From: Vitrella brassicaformis CCMP3155
Lineage: Eukaryota; Protista; Chromerida
Reading direction: 5' to 3'
DNA length: 64,000 nt
Assembly: GCA_001179505.1 (NCBI GenBank)
Contig: CDMY01000420.1
Span: 1 to 64,000 of the forward strand
The notes below the pieces were generated by a model. That model was not told the DNA's origin and ran no database searches. It worked only from the letters and a program-made list of their open reading frames with translations. Positions 1-13,100 of this stretch are shown here, one piece after another (position 1 is the first letter of the stretch; every line of letters begins with the position of its first letter). Made by a program: the position numbers and the translations under genes.

Positions 1-133
1 TGGACTCTCCACAAAATCCACAGACCTTACGTTGCATTGACTTAATCCTTTATCCGGGACTGACCGCCCGGCAGATCCTCTCTTCACCATTCTCCCCGAC
101 TCTCTCCCCCCTATTCTTACACAAGTTGCCATC

Positions 134-1070
134 ATGATCTCTGCTGTGCTGAGCGTCGGCGTCTTCCCGGCGGCCTCTTCCGTCGGCAATGCGCAGCTCC
201 AACAGTGTGCTGCCATTCTCGAGCAGGGGATCTACGAGCGCTTCCTGGTCGCAGACTCGAGCCTCAGCCAAGAGGCCTTCCACACTACCATGTGCAACAC
301 CCAGATACAATCCGTCAAGAATATCGGCGGCGGTTCTTGGGGCGTCCACATCATTTTGCCCTTCGAGGGCATTCCCATCTCGCTTGGATCAACGCTGGGT
401 GATGCTCAGACCAAGCTGAAGAACTACCAAAACATCATGTGCACGGGAGAAGCCAAAAAAGGGTCCGTGTATGGGGCGCGTGACGTGTGGGTGGACCTCA
501 TCAGTCCGACGTCTCTTCAGGTACGGTCAAGAGAGAGAATCAGTGTCGAGCTTATCGTCGTGATCTGTGATGTCTGCTGTTGGCCAGGCTTTTACCAAGT
601 GCCTTGAGGCGTTCGACAAAGGCGTTGTGTACTCGACTGATTATATCGGCCAGGACGCTGTGAAGATCGAGTTTGCGGTAAGGGACGGCTTATTTGGCAT
701 CATTAGGTACTACGGCTTCCGCTACGAGCCTGCCTCTGCCAACGTCACCTGCGACGTCGGGGGCTGGATCGCCAGCATACCCCGACGAAGAACGTCGGGG
801 CTGGAGCTTACGAAGAACGATAAGTGGCAGACGGTGGTTTGCAGCCGGCCTGAGGGAGAGGTGAGGCCCATACACATCCTGGTCATGCTGAACGTTGGCA
901 CCTTCATAGCCACGATCCCCAGGAAGAGTGTGCCAAAGACGGCTCTGCAGAGATTGGTGGACATCGAGAAGAATGGAGCGGGAGATGGCTACATGCTGCT
1001 CACACCTTTTGGCTGCCTGCTTGTGTGTGTGGGGGTGGTGGTGGTGGTGGTGGGGGTGGTCGATCGCTAG
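134..1070 (+). CDS. Hypothetical secreted or surface protein, 2 exons (134-520, 588-1070), ~290 aa
   Basis: ORF MISAVLSVGVFPAASSVGNA... has a hydrophobic N-terminus. A GT..AG intron at 521-587 joins in phase 0 to AFTKCLEAF.... The C-terminus is hydrophobic (LLTPFGCLLVCVGVVVVVVGVVDR*). No family recognised. Confidence 0.7.
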
Positions 1071-2198
1071 AGAGACGCTGAGCGGCTGCGACGCTTCTTG
1101 TCTGTCTGCTTGAATGTGTGGGTCGGATGGCTGGCCGGGCTCGCGTGCCTTTGCCTGTTCGTCTGTCCCCGGACGTCTGGCGTGTGGGTGTCTGTGCGTC
1201 GACGAAGTGTGGGTGCGCTGGATGAAGATAGATATTTTTCGTTGCACTACTTTGTAAGTGCCGCGAGGCTGGAGGCCTCAGCAATCGATCTGCAATCCGC
1301 GTGTCGATTGACTTATCTGTGTGAGGGAGTTTTATGGAAGCTGGCTGGTTGGTGATTGACTGACTGACGGACGGTCGTGTACGGGGCACACTAGCGCAGC
1401 CTCTTATCTCCCTTTGTGTGACGGTGAGCGATGTGTGAGTACGGGCTGCGTGTGTGTCTTTGTGAGAGTGTTTTCCCTCCAAGTGTGAGCGGTGTGTCTT
1501 GAGAATGTGCTCGAGAAACGATTGTTGCATGCGAGACAGACTTTGACGAGAATGACAGTCATCAGTTGTTCGTCCATTCATTCATGTGATTGTCGCTCAC
1601 GTCGCCCCGTACAGGGGTCCATTGATGATATAGACACGCACACTGTCAGTCCACTCTCACGTGCAGGGGGCGATTAGACAGACAGACAGACAGTCAGACA
1701 GACAACGGATTGAACGATCAAAATCTGAGTTGAGAGACCCCGAGCGCCCCACTGAAGAGACGATACACACCGATCTGGGGGAATAGACACACACTCATGC
1801 ACGCAAACTGGACTGCACACGAGCCGTTTTGCAGCCCCGAGAGCACATATATCGATTCACGTAGATGACTGCTGCGATACGTGCTGCCTCCCTCCGCCGT
1901 GCTCATCTGCCAGGGAGGGCATGGACATTACATCACATAGTAACCACCCTCCCTCTTGCCAGCTCAGCTGAGCTGTTTTCGCCTCACCGGTTGGATCTCT
2001 TTCTCTTGGTGCCTCGGTATCCGTGGTTGACGGTCTGGCTGCATGCCGACGTCAGGGGGAAAAAGGCCGTCAGAGAGGACTGCACCAGAAGCGGCTTCTG
2101 ACGGCTGCATGAGACACACAGACACACACAGACAGACAGACAGGCAGACATGGATGGATCTCTGTACGCCGCCTGCCTAAGCGCATGGTTGGCGTGAT

Positions 2199-5100
2199 CT
2201 ACCGTGAGAAGAATGTGGTGGTTTTGGTATGTGTGGCGTTGGCTTGCGAGTCATCCTTCGGCAGCGTCCTGCAGTGGAGAAGAGGGGCAGCAAGCAGACA
2301 AGGATGTACCTTTTGGTGGCCCGACGTGCACGTGTCGTGTCCTCCGCACCAGTGCATGGGGTCGCTGCGAAGTATGCTGCACAGAAAGCACACACACACA
2401 CATACGACACAGAGAGAGAGAAAGTCCGACAGTTGGCGTCTTTTTCTTTTCTCGCCCTACCCAGTCACAGTGAAGAATTTGGAGATGGCTTGGTGGCGGG
2501 TGCGTCGTGTGGGTTTGCCGAACACCTTGTTGCACGGCAGCGGGTTCCCGCACAGACGCTCGTCTATGTCCTTCTCTGTGTAGCCCTCCACGCTGTCATA
2601 GTCGTCGCCCTCACCGCTCTCGAGCACCTCCACGCCCCTCTCCCTCAGCTGCTCCCTCTCCTCGGCCTTGCTCTCGGCGATGGCCTGCCGATCCCAACGC
2701 CACTCCTCCTCGATATACTGGTCGTCGTTCCACATGGCGATGTCGAAGCGGGCGTCGCCACCGTTCGTGTCCATCTGCCACAGCTGCCGGTTCCACACAT
2801 AGCGACGGCTGAACGGCGCCACCTGCACACACATCCATCCATCCATCCTCCAACGCTCGGTTTGTCCATCCATGTCACACGAACGTACCGATGGACGGTC
2901 TACGGGGACGATCTGGTCGTCTGTCGTGCGATCCATCACCCCCAGCACGCTGATCTCGGAGTGCTTGCTCTGGTCATGCCGGGAGTCGTTGTCGTACGCG
3001 AGCTCGAAGTCGCCCTCCATCCACTCCTCGTCCAGCAGACTCCCACCGCCGTACAGAATCAACTCACTGGAACAAAGGAATACACGGATGGATGGATGGA
3101 TGGAAGGGATGTCTCCCTACATGCCCGCGTTGCATACAGCACTCACTCACTCACCTGCCTGCCCACACGGCAGCTGCACATGCTGCTGGCGGTGGCTCGT
3201 AGGGTTTGTAGCGGACGACTGTCGGGGAATCATGTTGGGGTGAGGGGCTGCGGCACATGTCTTCTGAGGCTGCGTGGCGAACGACGGCCTGCTGAACCGG
3301 CCAGTCTTGGTGTCGAAGATAACCGTCTTGACGCCACCCAACACTCCGATCTCGTCATAATCGGCGTAGGGCACATTGATGACGATCTTGTCACCTGCAC
3401 GCATGGAGACCAAGGCCAAACAATGGGGTGGTGAAATATGCCCAGCTCGGTCGTTCGGCTGTCACTGACCTGCCAGCACAGCTGTGTGGCGGGCGAAGTC
3501 GCATCGGTGCTCGACGTACGCCACACCCGCCAAGTAGGGCCCGACAGCCGCTGATCAGAAGAAAGGCAGGCGTGTTGCATCTGCATGTGGGCCGATGGAG
3601 GTCACTGACCATCGACTGTCGGGTTGGTGCCGCGGGCAATCCATGGGAGGCGATCGAACTCAATCCACCTGTCACACGGCACAGCCAAAAGGGAGCGTCG
3701 CAACAAGCAGACGCAACGAGGGCAGGGGAGGGGAGGGGAGGTGAGATGAGGTGACATGAGGTGAGGTGGATGGCTCGCGAACGTTTTGGTCTTTCCGTCG
3801 AAGATGTCGAGGGCTGGGGGCCGCGCGAAACCCACAGATCCGAACAGCTCGTCACTCTCGAAAGAGTCATAGTCCTCGAAGTTGTCGTCCAAGTCCCACT
3901 CTGCAGACACACACACGCAGACACACATGAACAAGGATCATTATACATACGACTTATCTGGTGGTTCAGCATACCCTCTCCGCCCATAATGAAGACATAG
4001 CGGTCCTTGACGAGGGTGGCCGTGTGGTTCAGACGGGCAGTCGGACGGAGGCCGCTCACATTGCCATCACTGCATACAAACACATGCAGGCAGGCACACA
4101 ACATCGTTGACAATGTCTGGCAAGGTCCTCACCTGTCGTCGAATGACCAGGTCGCCACGTCGACAATGGTCGAAGAACTCAATGCATCTCTGCCAGGAAG
4201 AACGAACAACAGGGGGATAGAATTCGAGCGCATTGCGTGTGTGCATGTGTGGGGAGCCGGCTGCCTCACTCAGCTGTGTTGTCCTTGCCGCCGAAGATGA
4301 AGATGTAGCCCTGTGGGTGTGCAGACGACCGGATGGGCACAAACGTACACGTGAAGTACCGACTGCAGCAAACGATCCACATGCGAAGGGAAAGACACTT
4401 GTGGCATGGCACACGTGGCCATGGACTTCTTCTCATTTGACCCGCCCGCCAACCGATTGAGAGGCGGGGTCTTGTCACCTCGTCGCTTCTTCCTGACCTC
4501 CCCCTCCCCTCCTCTAAGCTCTCGCCCGCTCAACCACCGATACTCCCAACCGTCCTTGCGATCGATCTCCAGCACACCCCAGAAGCCCTCTCTGTCTCGC
4601 TTGTCACCGGCGCCGACCGGCCCGCCGCAGACGAAGTACCGTCGTGGCGACGGTGGGCGGGCGGTGTGCGTGGGGAGGGGCGATTTGGGGTTGATGCATG
4701 TGAGTGTGAGGGAGTCGGATGATGCGGGCGGGGTGCCGTCGACCACACACTGCTCCCACTCGTACTCGCCGGTGTAGAGGAGAGACTTCAAGGACACACT
4801 GTTCATCACGGAAGGCACACCGCACCCCATACGTGCACGTGCATACAAAGGGTGTGAGAGCTTGTGGTTGTGTGTTTTGCCTACCCCCACAGGTCGGTTT
4901 TGTAGCTTTTGTGCTCATCTCTGCCGCCAACCACACCACCTGACATTTGACCAAAAGGACAAACAAACAAACAAACAAACGATCCGTAACAGTATAAGCC
5001 GGCCAGCCAGCCAGCCAGGCTACCGAAGACGTAGAGGTGACTGCGCAGGATGAAGATGCTCGGGCGGCTCCGCCTCATGTCATCCATCGGGTTGACACAG

Positions 5101-5684
5101 CTGGCCTTGCCCCACCGCAGCTCACCCACAGTGGCGTTGGCACCAAAGCTCTTGAGCACTGCGCCTCGAAGAACGGCCCCGCGGTAGGCGCTCTCGGGCA
5201 GAGTGGTGTACTTAGGAGCGTTTGTGGCTGTCGGTGAGGGGCGGGTTCGGGGTCGGTGGGCCGCCCCTTCGATGAGTCGAATGTTGGTCTTCTTGCCGAA
5301 CGAGCGCCGATACTGCACTCACGCACAGAAGCCTAGACACGTCAACGAAGGCGGGATGCGTGTGGGGCTGAACAAGGCGCCCGTGCTCGTGTGTGCAGCC
5401 ACAGCACAGGTACCTGCAGCTGCCAGATGCCTGATGAGTTGTTCGAGTGCAGCAGGGCCTGGATCTCCTTGCACACTGCCACACACAAACCATCCACAAG
5501 AGCGGCAGATCAATTCATGGACCTTCAGCAGTGTGCCCTCCTGGCCTTTCTCCACCGTGGAGCACCACACCCTCCTCGCTGCTTGGTGCCGCTCACCTGT
5601 TTCGAGCTTGAGGAGTTGGGGCGCGTCGAGGAAAGGGAATGAGTACCACACTACGTCAAACAGCTGCTGCCGTGTGTCGGCCAT
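2199..5684 (-). CDS. Kelch-repeat (beta-propeller) protein, multi-exon, possible F-box-like N-terminus
   Basis: Exon fragments carry Kelch-type motifs: RSRPSIFILRSHLYVFG, GTPPASSDSLTL..RYFVCGG, YIFIFGGKD, TARLNHTATLVKDRYVFIMGGEG, ILYGGG. Start MADTRQQLFDVVWYSFPFLDAPQLLKLET at 5684. The last exon and stop (2199 vs 2457) are uncertain. Confidence 0.75.
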
Positions 5685-5789
5685 CCTCACGCACAAGCGA
5701 CTTCTTCTCGTGGTCTCTTCTCCCAAGTTGTGACGTTTTACGTGCGCCCGAAGACACCTGAGTGACATCGCGTTTCTTAAGGGAAGCCA
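5685..5789. promoter_or_regulatory. Candidate bidirectional promoter (Kelch / zinc-finger genes)
   Basis: Only 105 nt separate two divergent ATGs (5684 on -, 5790 on +). Confidence 0.55.
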
Positions 5790-6679
5790 ATGGCGTCAAA
5801 AGGAAAGAGAACGGTGCGTGAAGCGAAGCGAGAGGCAGACGTGAACACAAGGCTCATTCATTCGTGCGCACTGTGGTGATATCTGTTGCTGCAGATTCAG
5901 TCTGTTGAAGACGCATTCGGCATATCGGATGACGAGGGCGACGAGGAGGAGATGCCCAGGGACGCCAAGAGGTCCAAGAACATCGGAGAACAGACAGCCA
6001 CAGCAAGTCAGGAACCGTCCAGGCGAATCCTCCCATCCCCGCTGCGTGCATGTGTCTGTCTGTGTGGGTGCAGGTGGACCGAAGACGTACGGCAAACTGG
6101 GAGGTACCTTCAGGGTTCAATGGCAAAGGTGAGTGAGATCCATTGGAGCTCTGTCTTCCTCTTCTTCTCAGCGGTGAATACGAATGTGTGACTGTCAGGC
6201 GGTCGCAGATGTACTTCAGCGAGCAGCAGGACCAGCAGGTCAAAGGGCTGCAGGAAACCGCTGGACACTCGAGTGTCCTCAGCGACAACCTCCCTCAGGA
6301 GCCCTCTGAACCGACCAGCTCCCGTCCTCTCCCCATGCCCGTCTCTGTGACCGGCCCACGGCGGAAAAATGTCCCTCTCTGGCAGCAGTGGAACACAGTC
6401 GACAGCGGGGACGCTGAGGCGGCTCCTGACTCGGGCGCTGCACAAGATAGCGGAGCGCCCAAGAAGTGGAGCATCTGCTATCTCTGTCAGCGGAAATTCA
6501 CCACATCAGAGATGCTGCGGAAGCACGAGGCGCTGTCTGAGTTGCACAAGAGGAACCTGGCTCTGAAGAAGATCGACAGAGAGAGGAGGGAAGAGGAGCT
6601 GGCGGCGGCCGAGGTGACAGCCCAGCCCAACGGCCCTAACCCTTATGCCAGGATTCTCAACCAGGAGGGTGGGGCATGA
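5790..6679 (+). CDS. Small C2H2 zinc-finger protein (RBM5/RBM10-type finger), 4 exons
   Basis: MASKGKRT|IQSVEDAFG... with phase-consistent GT-AG introns. Last exon has ICYLCQRKFTTSEMLRKHEALSELHKRNL, matching the CxxC..F..L..H..LS.LH..NL finger of RBM5/10-like proteins. Confidence 0.8.
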
Positions 6680-7135
6680 CGCACATGGATGGCCGAGCGC
6701 CTGCATTGCTATCTTCGTCTGTGACTGACTGGTGTTCTTGCGTGACTGCCGCATGAGTGGTAGAGTCGGCTGTCGGCTACATTCCCCTCATGAATAATGC
6801 TGTTGCGTGAGGGACCATCTCTCTTCTTCTGAGTCGTATCAGTGAAGCGTGCATGTCCTCACAGTGTCACACCTTCAAAACACGTGACTCCAGATGCTGC
6901 ATGCGAGTGGGGGCCCAAGCTCGCATGTTTCCGATCTGGCTGTGCCAAAAGTGGAGACAGCGCTGTCAGCGCCTCACATCTCATCAACAGTAGAGATTTG
7001 GAGGGCGAATAGGGCCTGGAGGCCACCTCTGCACTGGGGCGTCTTCGTTATCGCTCATCGGAGTTGTAGTGGCCCTTTCGGCCTCCAGCAGCATCGCCAG
7101 CCCGTCGGGCTTTCCATTACAGTGATCGCAGCGGC

Positions 7136-10100
7136 ATGCAGTGGCCATCCCGGTGGCTGCTGGGCGCCTTAATCGCCCTCTGCCTGAGCGCAGCTCTTGC
7201 GGACTTTGACGCGGATGAGGTGATTGGGCAGTGCCAGAAGGTCGTCAAGGAGGGCGGTGTGGCCTTCCGGTTCGAGTGTCCGGATTCCGTGTCAAGCATC
7301 AAGGTCAGGCTGTCGTCCGATGACACCGTCATCGACATCTACGGCAACCGGCAGCCGATGGAGTTCTCCCTCGCTGTTCCAGCAGTGCAGGGGGCGATGG
7401 TGCCGGTGTTCGCCTGCAAGGACCCTGCGGACAGAGACACCTGCACGGAGTACTTTATCATCGCGAGCACTCTGCCCGGCACCACGGCAGCTCTGCAGGA
7501 TCTGTCGGTGGCCGCTTCGGTGACGGCTCTCGAGCCGCCCTTCGACCCCGCCGTGTTTGAGTACAAGTGCACCATGTACTACGGCAAGACCACTCTCGTC
7601 GAAGCCAAGGCGTCCAACGGCGCCATGGTGTCGTTCCACGGCTATGACCAGTCCAGGAAGTACACCAGCCTCTATGAGTACACCCCGCCTCCCAGGGAAT
7701 CGCACCCCGTCCTGACGGCCTACGTGGTGTCGGAGTCGGGCAACGAGCGTGCCGAGTACCACATCACCATCGACATCATCCCATCCATCGACCCCACACT
7801 CGGCAGCATCACCTCCGACCCCCCCGGCAGCCTGTCGCCCAAGTTCTCGCCCCACCACAAGTCCTACCATCTCTTCCTGCCCTGGGGCTCCTCCTCTGCC
7901 ACCATCACCTTCACGCCGCGAGCTGACAGCACCATGCCCGTCAAGGTCAACGGCGAGGCTGCCAGTGGCGGCACGGCGTACGTCAAGGTGGACCCTGACA
8001 AGCCTCCCAAGACCCTGATCATCGAGACGCAGGCGCAGAACGGCGAGTACAAGGACAAGTACTATGTGACGGTGTCCAACCCCGTGGAGGCCAACACCTA
8101 CCTCGAGGAGCTGACTGTGTTCGGCGAGATGGGGCCCGTCCAGCTCAGCCGGGTCTTCGAAAGCACGAGGTGCGTGGGGCGGTGGGGCTGCCTGGGAAAG
8201 CGGCCGGGCATTCATCCATTGTGTTATGTGTGTGTCGTCAATCAGGTTGTCTGGGTACCAGGCTACGTTCCCGACGCCCAACAAGCTCTTCGCCATCAAG
8301 GCCATCCCACAGGACAAAGAAGCAACCGTCAGAGTCAAACGTACGCACAACACCACCCACATTGCTGCCGTCTCCGCTGCTATCGGCACTACGTCCCTCA
8401 TCTTTCTTCTTTGTGTGTGTGTTCCCTCATTCAGACGAGAAGCTGACGGATGAGGGCGAGATGATGTCGGGATACCACAAGCTGGACCTTGGCGAGGTGG
8501 ACACGGTGCGTGTGGAGGTGACGGCTTCTGACAACCTCCACGTCAGGACCTACTACGTCGACTGCTACAGGTGAGGAAGATCACGGAGGGAGAGAGGGTC
8601 GAGCGGGATGTCAGTGGGATTGTTGTGTCTGTGGCTGTGCAGGTTTGCATTGTGGTACCAGACAAAGAAGTTCACGGACACCCTGTCGATGATCGTGGCC
8701 TACACGGCATCCGCCATGTCCATCTTCTCGGGATCAGCCTTCCTTTCCACAGCCAAGTTCCTGCACGTGAGACCGACCACCTCCTGACACACTACAGACA
8801 GAACAAATGCTCGTGTCTCGTGTCTCATGTTTCCCACCTTCTCTCGCAGTTCCTCTCCCTGACGGCCTCCATGAACGGTGAGACGCCACTAAGACCGGCC
8901 GGCCACGTAGCCATCTGTCTCATGCTGTCCCTATCCTCCCTTGTTGCCTGCAGGCATCCCCGAGTCGTACATCGACTACACTGAGACCTTCAACAAGTTC
9001 AACTTGCAGTTTGCGCTGCCCCCCTGGATGGTGCGGCTGGTACACCAGGCCACCGGCGAGTCTCTCGAGGGCGGTGCCGAGACCGGCCAGGGTGTGTCCA
9101 GCGGCCAGCAGAACGAGCAGCGCATGAAGCAGAACCAGGCCGCCAACCAGGCTGCCAAGAATGGGACGCAGAAGTATGTCGGCATCAGTGAGAGGCGGGC
9201 CCTGCTGAGACACACACCGCCCACCACCGAGGCAGTCATCAAGGTGGAGGCCGCAGAGGATGTGGCAGATCCCTTCGACGTCCAGGGTCAGTACAGACAC
9301 AGAGAGAGACCCGTATGGTATGTCAAAGTGTCTTGTCTTCCATCAGGCTATGATGCTGCTGAGCTTCGCCGTCGGTTCAACGAGGAGGTGGACTACTTGA
9401 GCGACCAGACGGTCTTCTGGCCAGTGGGTCGGGTCTACGACGACATCAAATACGAGCCCGCCCTCGAGCCCGACCGATTCAGAGTCGTCGCCAGGAAGGT
9501 CCTCATGGACAAATGGACTCAAGTCGTCCAGGAGGTAGGACAGAGGGGGCGGCACACCCACACACCCACACACCCACACACCCACACCCACACATGTGTT
9601 CGTCCAGTACGAGCACAATCGTGAGCTGGGCAAGTACTCGAATGCCAATGGTACGATCTCGGAGGCGGCTCTGCCCGACCTCATTCTGCAGCTCAACGCC
9701 CACTCGGCAGCCATGAAGGCACGTGCCGCACGGAAGGTACGCACGGGACAAAAGTGACCGTACGACGGCCGACGGCTCACTCAGCCTTTGCCCACGCCGT
9801 GTGCATCAATCAGGCTGAGGAGGAGGCCGAGCGTCTGCAGAAGCAGCTCAAGTACGTGTGCAACCTGGTCATGGTGTCGGTCACGCTGCCGCTCATGTTC
9901 CTCGTCTACTACCTGTTCATCTGGCGGCCATTCATGCGCAAACCCGACGGCGCGCCTAACGACGCCGCATGGCAGGGTCAGTGAGCCAAACACACGTCTT
10001 TGTTGCAACAAAGACGCATTCGTTCATTGATTTGACTGACCATCCCGGTTTGCAGGTCTTCGCCCTTGGCCCGTGCTGCTGTTTGTGTTGGATTTCATGC

Positions 10101-13100
10101 TGGTTTCGTACGGGCAGGCGACGGCACAGATTCTGTTTGCCAAGGGGTCCGACACCATCAACGTGGCAGGTCTCGAGATCAAACCTGCCGCCCTCAGTGG
10201 CGTGGCTGGCGTGGGGCTGCTCATCTACCCTGTCGCCTACATCCTCTGGTCCGCATGGCTGCTCCTCAGACTCAGCAAGTACGAAACAAGGCCGATCTCT
10301 CTTGCTGCTGGCTGGATGGCTGACTGGACGGCTGGCTGCTGGCTGGCTGGATGGCTGGCTGGATGGCTGGCTGGGGGCTGGCTGGATGGTTTGGTGTGTG
10401 TGGTGGCGGTGTGTTCTTAGGGACGTGGTCTTCCAGGAGGAGATTCGGATGTATGTGGACCGCGAGGTGAAGTTCCTGCGGGCCTACTTCCCGCCGCCCA
10501 TCAACGACCCACTCAACATCATCAAGGGAATCTTCACAAAGTCAGTCGGGAAACCACACCATGCTGAGACGGACAGGGATGACATAACTAACACACGTCT
10601 GTCTGCCATGTGTGCTTGTCAGGGATATCCGCAATTTGGTGCCAATCACCAACGCCGCAGTCAAGGACACTGAGGACCCTGACGCCAAAAGGCTTAAGTT
10701 CGCTCAGGTAATGGGCTGTACTGGATGGGGAGAGACAGACACTTTCTTGGGCCATTCATGACGCGCCTCCTTCCTTATCCATCCATCCATCCATCCATCC
10801 AATCCTTAGGACACGTCGATTTTCAATTGGGTGGTGGTACGGATCTGCCCCAAGGGGCTGCGGGACCTGTGCGTCAACCCTGAAGACGTGGATGCGGAGG
10901 AGCTGCCCGAGATGAGGGAGAACAAGGGAGCGTCGCAGCCCCTGCTGAAGCAGGAGGGCATCGACCACGACAAGGAGAGGAACAAGTGGAAGAACATCAG
11001 GCTCGACTGGAACAAGAAACGAAGAGTCAGTGGGAAGCACACAGATGCACAGACAGACAGACACACCAACAGGAAGACGACATAACCCTCTCTTTCTTTT
11101 GTGTGTGACAGGAGCTGGGTGTCGACCTGGATGAGGAGGTTTTCCTCAGCGAGTGCATGAAGGAGCGCGGCCACCTCTTCAGAGAATACAAGACCGCCAA
11201 CGTCGGATGCAAGCGGTGAGGAACACCTGTGGCTAACTTGCCTTACTTACTACGATCCACTTTCTCCATCTGTCTGTCTGTCTGTCTGTGTGCTGCATGA
11301 AATACGTGCTTGCAGTTTGAACCTGCGCAACGCGTACGATCGCGAGATGGAGTTCCGTGTGGACATCCAACTGGGCCACCTGTACCCCCTCTCTACCGGC
11401 GGAGGCGACCTCACCTACTACGTGCCCGTCGACATGTACGTGTGTGATGGGAGGGGCAGGCAGCAACCAACACACACGGCGACGGACCGATAACATGTGT
11501 GTATCTGTGGGTTTGGGCTCCTGGTTGATGCAGGATGCAGATGGAGCACACCAACAAATACGGCCTCATGTTCGCCAAGTAGGTCAATTAAGGCAGTGGC
11601 GATCGCGGTGTAGCGTATGTCGCGCGTGTGATGTGTCTGTTGCAGGGCCCGTCAGGGTGCGTTTGGCTTCTTTGCGGTGACCCGGCTCAACATGCTTCTG
11701 GCCACCATCTTCATCTTCTCCTGGCACGACTCAGGTATGTGACACGATGGCCACCACCACCAGCAGCCACACACTGACTGCTGACTCCCTGTGTGTGTCC
11801 TGTCATTAGATGGGTTCGATCAGATCTTCATCTTCTGCCTGCTCAACATCATCATCACTCTCGCCCAGATCGTCCCTGCAGTCGAGAACGCCCGAGACGC
11901 CATGGAGAAAAACCATGATAAGGCGGTCAGAACCACGGACGCACATGCACCAGCACCAGCACAAATTGGTTCTTTCATGGTGTGTGGTGTCTCTCTCTCT
12001 CTCCCTGTGTCTGTGTTTGCAGCACAAATGGACGCGTGAGGGCAAGGAGCCCGGCGATTTCCTGTGCAAGTACAAGGCCGAGGAAGACAAAGAGGAGAAG
12101 TACTACTGGGTCAAGCAGGTCACATACAAACCCGACCAGACTGCATACTGCCAACCCAAAAAACTCAAATACTCGGTAATACTCCCACAAACAAACAGAA
12201 AAACTCCCCGTCTCCGAAATGTCTCTGCTTTCTCTTCAACGTGTATGTGTGTGTGGTCAGTTGGTGCCCTGTTTGGACGCCCACCGCGGCGAGCTGCAGC
12301 CGGACGGCAAAGTGAAGGAGATCACTGGCCCCGCCACGACCTATTCTGCCGAGGCGCTGCGCCGCACCTACGCCAAGATGGAGAACCTGCGGGCCTACCA
12401 GGTGGATCAGATCAAGAAGGAGCTCAAGGCCATCCGCGAGTTCGAGAAGAACAACCCGGAGATTCTGCTGCCCGAGTACCCTGGTGAGAAGACCGACGTG
12501 TCGTGCATGGCGATGACCAAGGTCAAGGCCATCGAGTTTGACAACATGTGCGACAACGACAGCTACTGCCAGGAGCCCAAGAAGATCCAGGAGGTGGGTG
12601 GGTGGGCAATGTCGACACCTGTGCATGTACTGGGTTGGCTGTGTGTCCCTGTGTCTCTGTGTGTGTGGCGGCGTGTCAGATGGTTGACAAGATCGACAAG
12701 CGCAACTATGAGTCGCTGCAAGACTGGGAGAAATTCACATTCAGATGCGGCAAAGCATGGGACAGGTAGATCATACAGACACACCCTCAGAGATGCATTG
12801 TCCAAGAAACCTTTTGTATGTGTGTGTGCAGTGTCTTCGACCGGCCGATGTTCAAGGGCTTCCCCGCGTGTCTGCTGCACGAGTTCTTTTGGGGGCCGGT
12901 CTTCACGGGCGTCCTCATGATCCTCACGCTCCTCTTCCTCCTCCTGGGTGAGCAACTCAGGAAAACCACTCACAGAGAGAGACACTGACCATCGGCCTCT
13001 CGCTTATTGTGTGAACGTTTGTTGTGTGTCAGCTCACCAGCGGATGATGACAGTTGACCCTCCTCTGGCCACCTTCTACTGCATCCTCACCACTGTCGCC

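Noticed and set aside
2229-3434. 401-aa plus-strand ORF
   Set aside because: Antisense shadow of the Kelch gene's GC-rich exons; it runs through intronic microsatellites and has no domain.
7292-8401. 369-aa minus-strand ORF
   Set aside because: Antisense shadow of exon 1 of the giant gene, caused by strong GC3 codon bias.
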